A stretch of DNA of 64,000 bases, taken from Tubiluchus corallicola (lineage: Eukaryota > Animalia > Priapulida). Both the position numbers and the translations under genes were made by a program. The stretch is from positions 1-64,000 of the forward strand of contig JAQGDQ010000206.1 in NCBI GenBank assembly GCA_030141605.1. Reading direction: 5' to 3'. This document shows, piece by piece, positions 33,936 through 46,600 of the stretch. Under the pieces are notes generated by a model, which was given only the letters and a program-made list of their open reading frames with translations, had not been told where the DNA came from and searched no databases. How positions within the stretch are numbered: position 1 is the stretch's first letter; the number at the start of each line of letters is the position of its first letter.

Positions 33936-36825
33936 GTTATAATACTGTGTTATTGAAATCAGTTTTATTAGTCTGTAAAAAAAATGGAAAACAGAATGTA
34001 GTGTGAACCATTTTGCTGTCAACTTTGTTGGTTAATCTCAAAGATTAAGTGATCTGCTAGGCTTACAGAGCTTCCACGAAAATTTTGCGGTACTTTATAA
34101 TTTTACTTACAGCTTTTTTTGCTTTGTTAGTATTTATATAAAGTTAGTACCTGTTGCATAATGTTTAGTATTTATCATTTGTTTGCATGTTTTTATTTCG
34201 TAATTATTTATGCTTGTTTTATCATGTAATCTTGTTTTTTATTTACTCTTTTAATGCAGATAGAATTAACATTTTACGGTTATTATGCTTGTAATATTGC
34301 TGCTAATTTACATTAACTGACTTTTGTTATCTATTGTAACGCTTTCGTTTGTGGCACAGGCCTACAGTGAATGCTCAATGATACTATTTCAAAGAAACAA
34401 AAAAATATGGAAATGATCTGACCCGAACTTTTATTCGAAGTGAACGAGTTATATTTATTGTTTGTCGATGATGTCAAAAAATTTGTTTGTTTAAAACTTT
34501 ATCGCTGTTATGTATTTTTTTGTAAATACGAGTTAAAATGCAATATTGAAATTAACAAACTAAGTCTGTGGTTATGACAAAATTTATTTATAGTAATAAT
34601 AATAATAATTACATGTAACAAAAATCACGTAAGATTTACACACTGTACTGAGACGTACATCAGCTAATTTTGGTGAGTTTTTATTTAACTGACTGTCAAT
34701 CGACAAAATGCAAAGCTTCAAAAACTACAAATATCTTCAATCCAAAACAAATAAGTTGCCAACTAACGAGTTAATAGTGATGTTTTTTATTTTCGTTCTT
34801 TGTCGAGTAATCACTATTATTGTAGTTGCATTTTGTCTCCATAAGCTCAATCTCTTGAGCAACAAAGACAAAACAATCACAGTGCTGCCATCTGTGTTCA
34901 AATTAGCAATCATAACCAAAACAATCACCGTACTGCCATCTCTGTTCAGACTAACAATCATAACAGTATCAAAAAGCACAGTATCTAACGATTCTAGTAG
35001 CTCCAGTAAATAGCAAAAATCAATATTTTCTTGAAATAATTGTGCAAAAATTTAATTCCTACAGCCAAAACAAAGCGTGTGTCCCAAAAAACTTTCCGCA
35101 GAAAGTTATATTATTTAGCATTACGCTGAAATTCTTAGCAATTTAAAATATTGGCGCCACTTGGTAGAACAGTGCTGTAGCATCCCCTTCCCAGTGTGCA
35201 CCACTGACTCACCAAAAACATACTATTAATCTTATTGACAAGATACAGTGATTTAAAATTTTGCTTAGTTGGCGAAGAGTGTGCTACGAACGCTCTGATA
35301 ATTTTTTGAACTTTACACAATGTTACATAAAGTTGTTTCAAATGACTTGCCGTTAAAGTGGCTCCACCTAACGGTCATCACAGGAGTTTGAATTTACAAA
35401 TTTTATACAATGGTACTGCTAACTAACACAAGTTCTGTTCGCAACAAAATATCACGTAAGTACACAAAATATCAAAACAAATTTTTTAATTAGTTTAATA
35501 TACAAAAGTGCCGGCAAAATGTTTATGTTTTTTTTACTTAGAAGTACAAAATCTATCCTGAAGTGTACATCCGCACAGAAACTTTGCTTACAAACATAAA
35601 AAGTCCACAGCTTTTGGAGCCATTCTGTACAGAAATGCAACGATATGCCTGTTCTACGACTCTGGGCACACTGCTCTATCTAAACATGGCCGAATTTTTT
35701 ATTTGTAAAATTTTATTTGTAAGACGTACCAGTGAAAAAAATTGGGGATTAACGGAAACAACAACATCACGACGAAACAGACCACGTCATGAGTTATCTT
35801 GCAACCGAGTGACCTTTTACAATCAAATCTTGTCATAATGCCCCCCTCTGCAGTGCCAACCTCGCTTAACGACCTGTCGAATCGCGTTATAATGTCCCCC
35901 TGATTAATGCAAACTTGTATTAATGCTCAATTCTATATTTGCACAGACATGCATGTATTAATGTACCTCGTTATAACCGCAATCTAGCATAATACCAACT
36001 TTTTTCAGCCGTCTCAAAGCAGGCCATATATCGAGGTTTGACTGATGCATTATAAATATTTATCGCTGGCAAAGTTTGATAACAAACGTCTATATCAGCT
36101 CATAATTACGACAAACAGAGGCTTCCATTATGGTCATTATTAGTGCTTAAATTACAGTAGCTGTATAGTATTCAAATCCTAATCCAGAATGCGACGACAC
36201 TATACAACAAAATGGCAACCTTTTCGCTAAACGTACAAAAATACATTCGTTCTTATCTTATAATATACAATATCTAACAATATAAATTCAAACTGGGGGC
36301 ATATGCAAACATACAAGAGAAGAAGCTTTAAATCATCATTTTATACAGTTTTTCCTACATACAAATGTACAAATAGAATTTTAAACATATCAACAAAAAA
36401 GAATATAAAAACTGATATCTAATATAATATAATGAAACCTAAATATTACAGACAGGCTACAAAATGATTTCAGCGTATTTTATCGGTCTCGTTTTGGCAT
36501 TTTATTTCGACATTTTCTACAGTTACATAAAAATCAAGTTTAAACACACCGCTACAATTTAAACAAAATCATTTCCTGTCTTATCTTTCCATACCCAAGT
36601 ACGAGTAAAAGTTAACGTATATAAACAGTAGTAGTACTCGAAAATTAACCACACAATACGACGAGCTAAGCACAAGCTACAACATTATAGTGATTTCATT
36701 CAATTAGCTAACACTAGAGGCTATTCCTAACTTGCAAATCTAAATTACTTGCTCGATATTCGTAACATAAATTGTGATTAACTCATAAATTTAAGATCAC
36801 AGACAAGGAACATGACTTCATTATA

Positions 36826-37387
36826 CAGTCAAACCTCGTTATAACCCCCTCTCCCTCCCCTCCGCCCCTGAAATGCCAACCTCGCTTATTAATGTCCAAG
36901 TTTTTGACAAAACAAAATGCACCTATCTGCATGGATAGTCACACAGTCAGTCAATCAGTCAGTCAGTCAGTCAATCAGTTAGTCAGTCAGTCAGTCAATC
37001 AGTCAGTCAATCAGTCTGTCAGTCAATCAATCAGTCAGTCAATCAGTCTGTCAGTCAATCAGTTAGTCAGTCAATCAATCAGTCTGTCAGTCAATCAGTT
37101 AGTCAGTCAGTCAATCAGTCAGTCAATCGATCAAGGCAATCATCAGTTTATTTCATACATGAAACTGCACATAGAAAATAAAAGACTATCATCTTAAATA
37201 GATAAAAATGTTTCTCCACAGTACTGGTCATGTGATGCTGACATGATATAAACATAAACTTGCTTTTTAACTTTTGTCACCCAAAATGGTTGTGGTCATC
37301 GATTAATGCACCTTGTTATAATGCCAAACTCCCTTAACATCATCTGTTTTTCTACCCCAAAGTAGGCGGTACAAGGAGGTTTGACTG
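36826..37387. mobile_element. Tigger-like MITE containing a (CAGT/CAAT)n microsatellite (36944-37130)
   Basis: TA|CAGTCAAACCTC ... GAGGTTTGACTG. Confidence 0.65.
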
Positions 37388-38553
37388 CATATGCCTTAGA
37401 TGAGAGAAGCTACATGCTTTTAACAATACAACGTTTTTAAGCTAAATATTAAAAACATCCAAAAAACAATAACATGTTTCAACATGCGTCTCCGATTATC
37501 GCATAACATTTATTACAAGTCTTATAACGGCACCACTTTTTCCATGAGAAATTATTAAAGTTTAGGCAACAGTTTACAATTCGCACACACAAGAAATTAG
37601 TCCGTGAAGCGAATTAGGATTAGGGTTAGGGTTTGGATTAGGGTCAGGGTTAGGCTTAGGATTTAAATTGTGTGGAGACTTGGAAGTTCCTTCCATAACT
37701 TACACACGTGACATACTTATAACAAAACTAATAACATATTATGAGGAACAATTACGATAACGCAATGGACAAACATCTATTTCGTCAAACACTCGTTTCA
37801 CTGCACTTTCTCACATACACGCCACGAATCAAACGCCATCTTTACTTTAGCAAACACCCTTGTTTTACACTTGAACTGTTGCACAGTGGAAAAATGACCA
37901 AATGTTGCAAACTTAATTCATTCCTCATCGGCAGGAGGAATGCACGAAAACCAGTCTGTGCTCGCATAATGTCGACCATACAGGGTGTCTCAAAAGTCAC
38001 CACACACTTTGATTTCCGTTTTTCTTTTTATACTATTTAATTTACTGGAACCCTGTTGCTATGGCGATGACAGTAATGTTAGAAAAGAGGTCCAAAATTG
38101 GCCTTGCATGAAGCCCTTCGACCATCAACTGAAGTTGGCATAAATTCACAGCACTATATGAATCACGCTATTTTCTCACTATTAATAATGTAGTTCTTCA
38201 ACGAGACGCAGCCCTTGCTCACTGCTTATGTGACTTTTTAATGCAGAATATTTGATCTGCCTATGACTTGCTCTGTGAATCTCTTGAGTGAAAATAGCAA
38301 AGCTTACAACCGCAGTAGTTCTTTTCTGATTTGCGTCTAATTTTATTAAAAGAACTTCCAAAGGTTTTAGTTCATCTATACAAATTTTATAACATAAAAC
38401 CATTGTTTGTTAAAAAATGTAGAAAATGTAGTGTATAGTGACTTCTGAAAGAGTTCAGTAATTGTTAAACTATGGCTTTACTTGTCATCTGACTAAAATC
38501 TTTCAGTTTGTGTTTGCAGTTACTACGTCATTAAAAAAAATTGTTTTTGTTAC

Positions 38554-39052
38554 GGCACGTTCAGAATACCGAGTTTTCTCGCCAAACTTGCTGTGAGCTA
38601 CTCTCCGACATTAAGTGCGAGTTGACATTCCGCTGCTCACTGCGAGAAGTGTCGAGAGTAACTCGCCGAGATGTTCACACTAGACAGTAACTCAACTCCT
38701 GCAGCAACTGTCGAACAGTATACAATAACTTGCCGACAGTAACTCGCACAGCCGTTCACACTAGACAGTAACTCAACTCCTGCAGCAACTGTCGAACAGT
38801 ATACAATAACTTGCTGACAGTAACTAGCACAGCCGTTCACACTAGACAGTAACTCACCTCCTGCAGCAACTGTTGAACAGTATACAATAACTTGCCAACA
38901 GTAACTCGCACAGCCGTTCACACTAGACAGTAACTCAACTCCTGCAGCAATTGTCGAACAGTATACAATAACTTGCCGACAGTAACACGCACAGCCGTTC
39001 ACACTTGCGAGTTTGCTGCTTCAAAGAGAAAACTCACTAGTCTGAACACGCC
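38554..39052. mobile_element. PIF/Harbinger-like MITE with internal 81-bp tandem repeats (~4 copies)
   Basis: Imperfect 27-bp TIRs GGCACGTTCAGAATACCGAGTTTTCTC / GAGAAAACTCACTAGTCTGAACACGCC. Confidence 0.6.
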
Positions 39053-39154
39053 TTTAGTTTCAATAATGATTTGAGTAATATTCGTGTGTTTCCAAACATT
39101 GACCTATTAATAATGACAGCTATTAAGTTTGGCTCAGTAAACTTCACTCTACAC

Positions 39155-39655
39155 CAGGGGTGTGCAAATTGCGGCCCGCGGGCCACTTGCGGCCCGCCGA
39201 GAGAATTTGTGCGGCCCGCGAAATGATTTGTCAACCTAATGAAAGTGCGGCCCGGGCGTTTAATTGAGTGTATCCAGCTGAAGTTCGTGCCACGATCCCA
39301 AAGATAGTGTAGGTAGTTTTTTCTACTAGATCCGATGCCATTAACCCTTACAAGACGGCTGTAGCTTAATGTCACTGTACTACACAGACTGTGTGATGCA
39401 CATTACTAATATGCATTGTAATGAAATTACCACTATCTGTCCTGAAAGTAGAAATATATGGTTTGTAATATAAATTTTAATAACTTCTAAAATAGTTTCT
39501 TGAGTGTAGTAGTGATGATGTACGCAGGTCGGATGCAAAAAAAATCGTTATTAGGCCTTTCTGTGCTTGGCTCCTTGATCAAACTGCCTGTGGCCCGCAG
39601 AAATTTCGGGAAAGTTTAATGTGGCCCGGCTAGTCAGATAATTTGCACACCCCTG
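39155..39655 (-). mobile_element. hAT (Charlie-like) MITE
   Basis: CAGGGGTGTGCAAATT TIRs; perfect 8-bp TSD CTCTACAC. Confidence 0.92.
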
Positions 39656-40528
39656 CTCTACACACTACTGCACTGTCCATAAGAGTAAAGCAAGGGTGCA
39701 ACTAAACCAGTCAAAAACGTTACATACTATCACAGCAAAAACGCACGACCAATTCAACTCATGGAAAATACGGCTTACTCACTCGAAATACCTGAAAATT
39801 ACAACTTGGTAGTGCATACGTCAACACATTTACTTTAAACACAAGCTCATGCAAGACGTAATTTGACAAACTAAGTTTAAAGCAGACAGTTTGACAACTG
39901 ACACATGAAATCCCCTTGTGTGAGAGAAAACATATTCAAATTAGCAATGGTTATAGATCTAGATAAACTAAATAAACCAAATATCACGTTTGATTCAAAC
40001 CTAGCTGTATTACTGATACAATAACACCCAGAAGTATACTGAAATAGTCAGATGGCTACAAGGAACTATTTATTAATAGATAAACTGGATATTTCGACTG
40101 TCTAAAGGTAATCATTCTCATCAGATGTACAAATTGATCTACACAATTCACATCTAAACTTGTAATTCTTTTGAAAATAAGTTAGGAAGTTGAAATATCG
40201 TGTTTATCTGTAATGATCATCAATTTTAATTATTTCGCGCTTAATTATTACACATTAAACATACAGACGTAGTCGTATCCTCGTGTTTATATTATACTGC
40301 CCTCTTTTTATGCCAATTTCTATTTTTTATTACTCGATTAACGACAAAAACTAGCAGAACATTACCTTGCAATTGAACTACGACAAAACAGGAAACTACA
40401 AAGCCTCAAACGCAAAACTGAACAACGTTTTATTTCATCGTTTTATACAAAATTTACGCGTAAATAGACACCGACATTGATTTCTGCGAATACGTTTATA
40501 CAAACCCTCTGGTGCAGTAGCTCGTTCA

Positions 40529-40672
40529 TCATACATTCTGCGGGCTACTGTGATTACTGCTGCTTTCCGCCGTTTCCGTGTTGTTTATGGGAGGAGGGTA
40601 AACATTGACCGTTACCACTTGTTCGGTGCTCTGGCCAATTGAGTCGTCGGTACTTGTAGAAGCGTCGCTCGT
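40529..40672 (-). CDS. RNF13: RNF13 last coding exon (TSDASTSTDD...SPQNV*)
   Basis: tttcag acceptor, phase 0, TGA stop. Confidence 0.72.
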   Translation of the reverse strand, partial: TSDASTSTDDSIGQSTEQVVTVNVYPPPINNTETAESSSNHSSPQNV

Positions 40673-43600
40673 CTGAAACCAATAGTTACACTTGTTAACT
40701 GTACTTAACCTAGCCACTACTAGGGGGGGGGGCAAGCCAGCCCAACTCAGTGCCGGTCCCAAGCCTGGATAAATAAGGAGGGTTAGGGTCAGGAAGGGCA
40801 TCCGCCTGTAAAAACTGAGTCAAAACCTTCTATGAATGAGTCGGTGAGACTTAAAGGTAACGTCCACAAAGATAGTGGTCAGACCCGCTCTAATCTATGG
40901 GCTGGAAGCAGCTTCTCTAAAGAAGACCGAAGAGAAGAAAATGGGTGTGGTGGAGATGAGCATGTTGAGATGAATGGTGGGAATAACAAGAAGAGATAAA
41001 ATTAGAAATAATAATATCAGAGGAATAGTAAAAGTAGTGGAAGCCTCGCAAGATTGCGATGGTATGGACACCTGAAAAGAAGAGTCGGTGAAGATCATGT
41101 GGGAAGGGAAGACATAAATGAAGAGATGGTCAACAACAGGAATGCGTGGAGAAGACTCATTCACAACGGCGACCCCGCATAGGGAAAAGCTGGGAAAAAG
41201 AAGAAGACATTTGTTAACTGTACTTGATGCTGGTAGGTTTTTAAGTTGTAAATTTTCAACTCCCTCTATGCTGGATTATTAATTTTCAATGCTAATTCAT
41301 ATTAACAGGGATGAGAATGACAAATTGCAAAAAACTCTGAAACAGGCCGGGGGTTTTGGGGCCGCCTAGACCCCCAATGGGGTTGGGGGGCAAAGCCCCC
41401 CTAGGGGTTCAAAGCCCACTTGCAACCAGCAACAAATTGCAATTTTGTGACTTAAAATATCAATTACCTTGTTTCATGCATAATTTAAAATACCCAACTA
41501 TCAAGGATATATGATACCTAATTGTCTCAAAAACGCCCAAGTACTGGCCGCTCCTATGCAAAAGTATATAAAAACCGTCTGCAATTGACTCAAATAACTC
41601 CTCACAATTGATTCTCTATTTTTATACATAGAGATATACACGTTGTTACACTGATGTATGTGATGTATACAAAGTGGCGGGCCGCCAACTAGCGGTCAGC
41701 TTGCGAAATAATGTACTGGGTCCGTAAAAATTTACTCAACGAATTTACGCGTTTTACAAAAATGGCACTACTGGTCTTCCAAAAACTCGGAATTCCGCGT
41801 ATCTGCGGAAACTTCTCATCGCCGTATTAAAGGAGAACTGAACTCAGGGTTAAATGGTTAAATCATAGCTGACAGTGATCTATTGTATAAAATAATGAAA
41901 AGTAAAACATTGTTTTTTCAATAATGACTAGTATTGCCATTCATTAGTTAGAAGGCAACAGCAAATGCATTTCGAAAACGCGTTACGCAAAAAAGTAGAC
42001 AATGTAACTTTCAGTTCAGTTATAACGCGGCACACTGGCATCGCTAATAAACGGAAATTTTGCAGTCCGTTGCGGGTTGTCATCATCATCATCATACGCC
42101 CGTCACGTCTATTGTATACATTGGGCAGGCAGAATTCTAAAATAAAAGAAATCTGCCTTCAAACAGGTAAACGCAGCAGTAATCCAGCAAAAAAACTAGA
42201 CACTGCTACGCCAGTGGCTTGTCAGCACCACTTCCGTTTTCCCACGCAAATTGCTTGTTGATTGTTGGTGAAACGTGTTTAGTCACTTGTTCTGCATTCT
42301 TATAAAATGACTGCGTATTATGGATTAGTAATATGGACTTTTGTATAAATCGGCTTCTAAATACAAGTATGTTCTTATTTGTGTGGGTGTGCGCGTGCGT
42401 GCATGCAGGTGTGCACAGATGTGTGTGCATGTGTATAAATAAAACTAATATTCAATATTAGTGTTTAATAACAAATGGCTATTTGTTTATTTACAAGATT
42501 ATGTTTTAGTAACACACCACAAGAGGTTATAGTCAAATGTGTAAAAGCCAATGCGACCCTGTTAAAAAGCAACTACGTAGTGAAAGGGTTGAGCAGCATT
42601 GATTTTTGCTTCAGGGACATATCTCACTTGTTTTACGTTACTTTTTACGGAAGTCTTGGTTTCGTTTAACGACGTTGCGGGTTGCTTCCTTAGCGTAAAC
42701 ATTAGCAATATGCAGCACTCTTCGGTCATTAAAGTTTCTGTAATAGCAATATAGGGAGCGCATTTTTCTGTATTTTGTTAGGATTATTCGATGATTTTTC
42801 ATTGCGAAGAGTGTTGCATATTGCTAATGATTACAAAGAGGGAGCAACCTAGAATGAGCTGCCTATCAACTCACCATGCTAAGAGCATCGACAGCTCCAC
42901 CTACTGGCACTGCAGTGAAGTAATTGTTCTCCAACTGTGGCGCTGGGGGCGCTCTGTGTCCAATAAACTCCGGTGGCCCAGCAGTATCTGTACTAGCCAA
43001 CGTGTCGGCCGATTCTGTTGACATGGAGGACTGATAAGATGAGATTGGGTGGTCAACCGGACGCCCTAAATAATGCAAATAACGGCTGTGAATTATCTTA
43101 CAATTTAAGTAGAAATAAGAACTAAAGTATGAACAATAAAAGATTATTAAATCATATCAAACCATTAGTGATTTGGTATTAGAAAAATCTTACACTTAAC
43201 ATAGGACTCTATGTACACGTAATGCCTAATCCACGATAAGAAATGCGTGTATGCAACAGTTTGTATTGAAAAATGTGGAACTGTTTCCATGTTTACATAA
43301 TGTAGAAGCGTACAGCGCTACCACCACCGCCCCCCACCCCCCGCTTTCCCCTAGTTGTTATTGCATGCTTTGTTTCGCTAAGTCACTGCACGCCACCGCA
43401 GACGACAAAGTGGGAAATACTTATCTCTTGCCCGTTCTAAATCCGGAAGATTCCCGCGAGTCACACACCGCATGCAAAATGAGAGAAAGAAATGCAAGTT
43501 ACTCGAAAATCAATAATGTAACAACTAAAACAAAAAAGTTCCAAACATTAAGAGAGTGCAACAGAAGATGAAAAAAGTGAAAGAGAAGCTTGGTTTCGGG

Positions 43601-46600
43601 ATGTGGAAAATGATCATTAAGAACAGAGGCAAAGAGATATTCGAAAAGGCCAAGTGTTGCTCTTTCTACATGCCCATACATGGTAACAGCATGACTCCAT
43701 GTGTGTATAATGTATGGTGTGTGATCCATAATGCAAATAGAACAGTTTATATTTAAACATGTATAAGAGTTTCCATGTAGCTGTAATCCGTAATGGGTGA
43801 TCCGTATTCACTCGAAAGTGATCGCTATCATTCGAATATGCAACACGCAGCAATACGCGGACGGGAACGGCCACTGCGCCTAGGTGATTTGACGAGCTTT
43901 CAAATTTCCAGTGACGATTTTCACTGATTAGCTTCCTGGTCAGGTGAATTTTGGTCACTTCAGAACTTACACAAAATACTATTTCTTTCAGCATGTAATT
44001 ATAAGTTCGGTATCTAATCGCAGTTCCCTGGCCTCCTTCCCTAAGTGACACATATCATGTTGGTCTCTTCTCTCCCCTGCAAAATATTATGCCTGTGCTT
44101 TTTTTGATTTTGTCGTATATTAGTCTGCCGCAGTGTAATTTCGACATAAGCATGGTTCCAAAAAAATATTACTTCCAAATTTCCATGAACAAGCAACCAC
44201 AAATAGCGGAGCATTATGTACGCACTTTCGTTACGCGAATTATAAGTTTATGCTTCATTTATGCTAGAAAATGTTTACCACCATCTACAAAATAAGCCAA
44301 CAAGTTTTCAATTGCTAATAGCATATTCATATTCATATTCATATTCATATCATATTCATTAATGGTCTGGCTTTTCAGTTGCGCCCGAATTGTACTGCAT
44401 GTCTAAGATGAAAAAAAAATGGCGGAAAGAGCACCGTGAGTTTTGTTAATATGCATAGCGTTCACGGACACACGGAAACAATCAATGTTACGCATTACGC
44501 ACATATGGAGCCTTTTCAAAAAGCAAAATTTTACACTGTTAATAGTAAACTTAAATATGTTTGTTGGTTGGCATCCTTCTGTCTCGGAAGACAATGGAGT
44601 GTGCGCCAAGAGAGTCGGTTATTGATCACATTGATGAAGCTGCAGCGTCGAATGTGGCTGAGCAGTGCGATCCCTGAATGTCTCCTGGGCGCATGCCTGG
44701 GAAAGGTGTATGGAGATCTTGAGTTGCCCAGACAACAGGAACCCCTCTCTTCCTCCCTGGTGTGGTCCAAAGGAAAGCGGAGCGATACGTTTGGCACCAG
44801 GTCGGCTGCAGGAACTGCCGGAGTCAGTGAGCTTGCTGCACTGGTCCGCCTTCGGGGCTCCGCTCCTGATTTGGAAGGTTTACTCCTCTACACATGGCCG
44901 TTGGGTCACTTGACCTCCTCCGCCCTCTAGCCGTTGGCTGCTTGTGCAGCTCTTCCTCCCAGTGTTGAGATACAGTGTGGGCATCCCGCAGGCTTACAGT
45001 ACCTGGTATTCCTAGGCGGTCACCCATCCAAGTACTAACCAGGCTCTACGTTGCTTAACTTCAGTGATCAGACGAGAACCGGTGTTGTCAACGTGATTTT
45101 TAAATATATTGGTTAACTAGTTATAATACAAATTGTTAGAGTATAAAACTGTCACAATCTAGTACGTTCTAGTAATTATTACGCAAAGGTTCCGAGTTCA
45201 TATCCTAGCTCTGCCAATCATTAAGTACAAACTACCTGGTATTATTTGACACAATGATTTGTTCTACTCGAAGAAAACACAAGCATAAACAAAAATTACA
45301 GCGGTAGAGAGACAATCTTACTGTCAGCACTAATAACCAGTCAGCTTACCTGAGGTATAAAAAGTAGAGGATCCAATGGCACGAGCGTTTTGTAGCAAGG
45401 GCGTGGTCTCGCCCTCGCCCTCCCCTCCGCTGTCGCTGTCAGAATTGTCGGACTCCTCACCTGGAATTACCTGTCGTTTGCACACCGGGCACGTTTTCTT
45501 GTTATTGGTCAGCCACGGGTCAATGCACTTCACGTGATATGCTATAAGAATCAGCAATTAAAATTAAAATTATATTTTCAAGCAAAACTAGAAAGCAACA
45601 ATGAATTCAGATCCAAATCTGCAAGCATAATGCCGTGATTGTGTATATATGTGGTTATACCTGGTCGAGTGCGGTTAACTCACGTCAATACTTGCAGACT
45701 GCTATGCTCAAGCTTGCATGACACTCGCGACTAAGTTGAAATTTCGCCCAAAAAACACGCACAAACGAGTAATCATATGTTTAGTAATATTTAAGAAAAT
45801 TTCTTTGTTATCTAAACTTTGTAACAGTCGAAAAATCATACTACTACAAACAATTAAAACGATTTTATTACACAACATCCATAAAGGTTTAAAAGCAAAC
45901 GACGTACCGTGCGTGCACGGCAATATTCGCAGCTTTTCACCGTCGTCGTACTCGTCCAAACATATGGCACACATGTCATACTCGTCGCCCTTTTTAAATT
46001 TCTTTGTGGGGATCCGTTTCAAGTGTTGCACCGACAGGCGGGAGCGACGCTTGCGACGGTGATCACGCACGCACTTCGCCACCTGCAAATTAAATACGAA
46101 CCCGTAATATCAAGAACAACAGAAATATAAATGTAACAAACGTATTCAAAAACTGAAAGCAGTAAAAGATCTTCATATTAGATGTAATTTTTTACGAGTT
46201 CAAAATAATTTTTACTTATTAGTGGTGTCTATGTGAGTACAGTGTTCCCCCACTTATCGCGGGTGTTCCGTTCCAGGCCCACCCACGATAAGTGAATTTC
46301 CACGAAGTAGGGACACTATTCAGTCTCTAACGAAAATTTCACAAATAGCGTACACAAAACCGCAGATGAAAACTACGCACATGCGACAATCGGATGCTAA
46401 CGTGAAATGGAAGAGCTGAGAGGGGGGTAGCTGCGCACAGCGAAAGAAAGCAAATTACAATCTCACGTCGGCAAGTAGCATCTCAAGCGGGCGCAACTAC
46501 ATTTCGTTTTTCGTGTGTTTTCATCCGCCGAATAAATACACTATTTACTGTAAATGGTAATTTTTTATGATTTATAATATTCTTTCAATGTTAGAATTAA

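Noticed and set aside
34400-40500. Additional gene between SUCLA2 and RNF13
   Set aside because: No convincing exon chain or protein motif; AT-rich UTR or intergenic DNA with MITEs
45180-45216. tRNA gene (GGTTCCGAGTTCATATCC)
   Set aside because: Only a T-arm-like remnant, no cloverleaf; likewise at about 60005-60030
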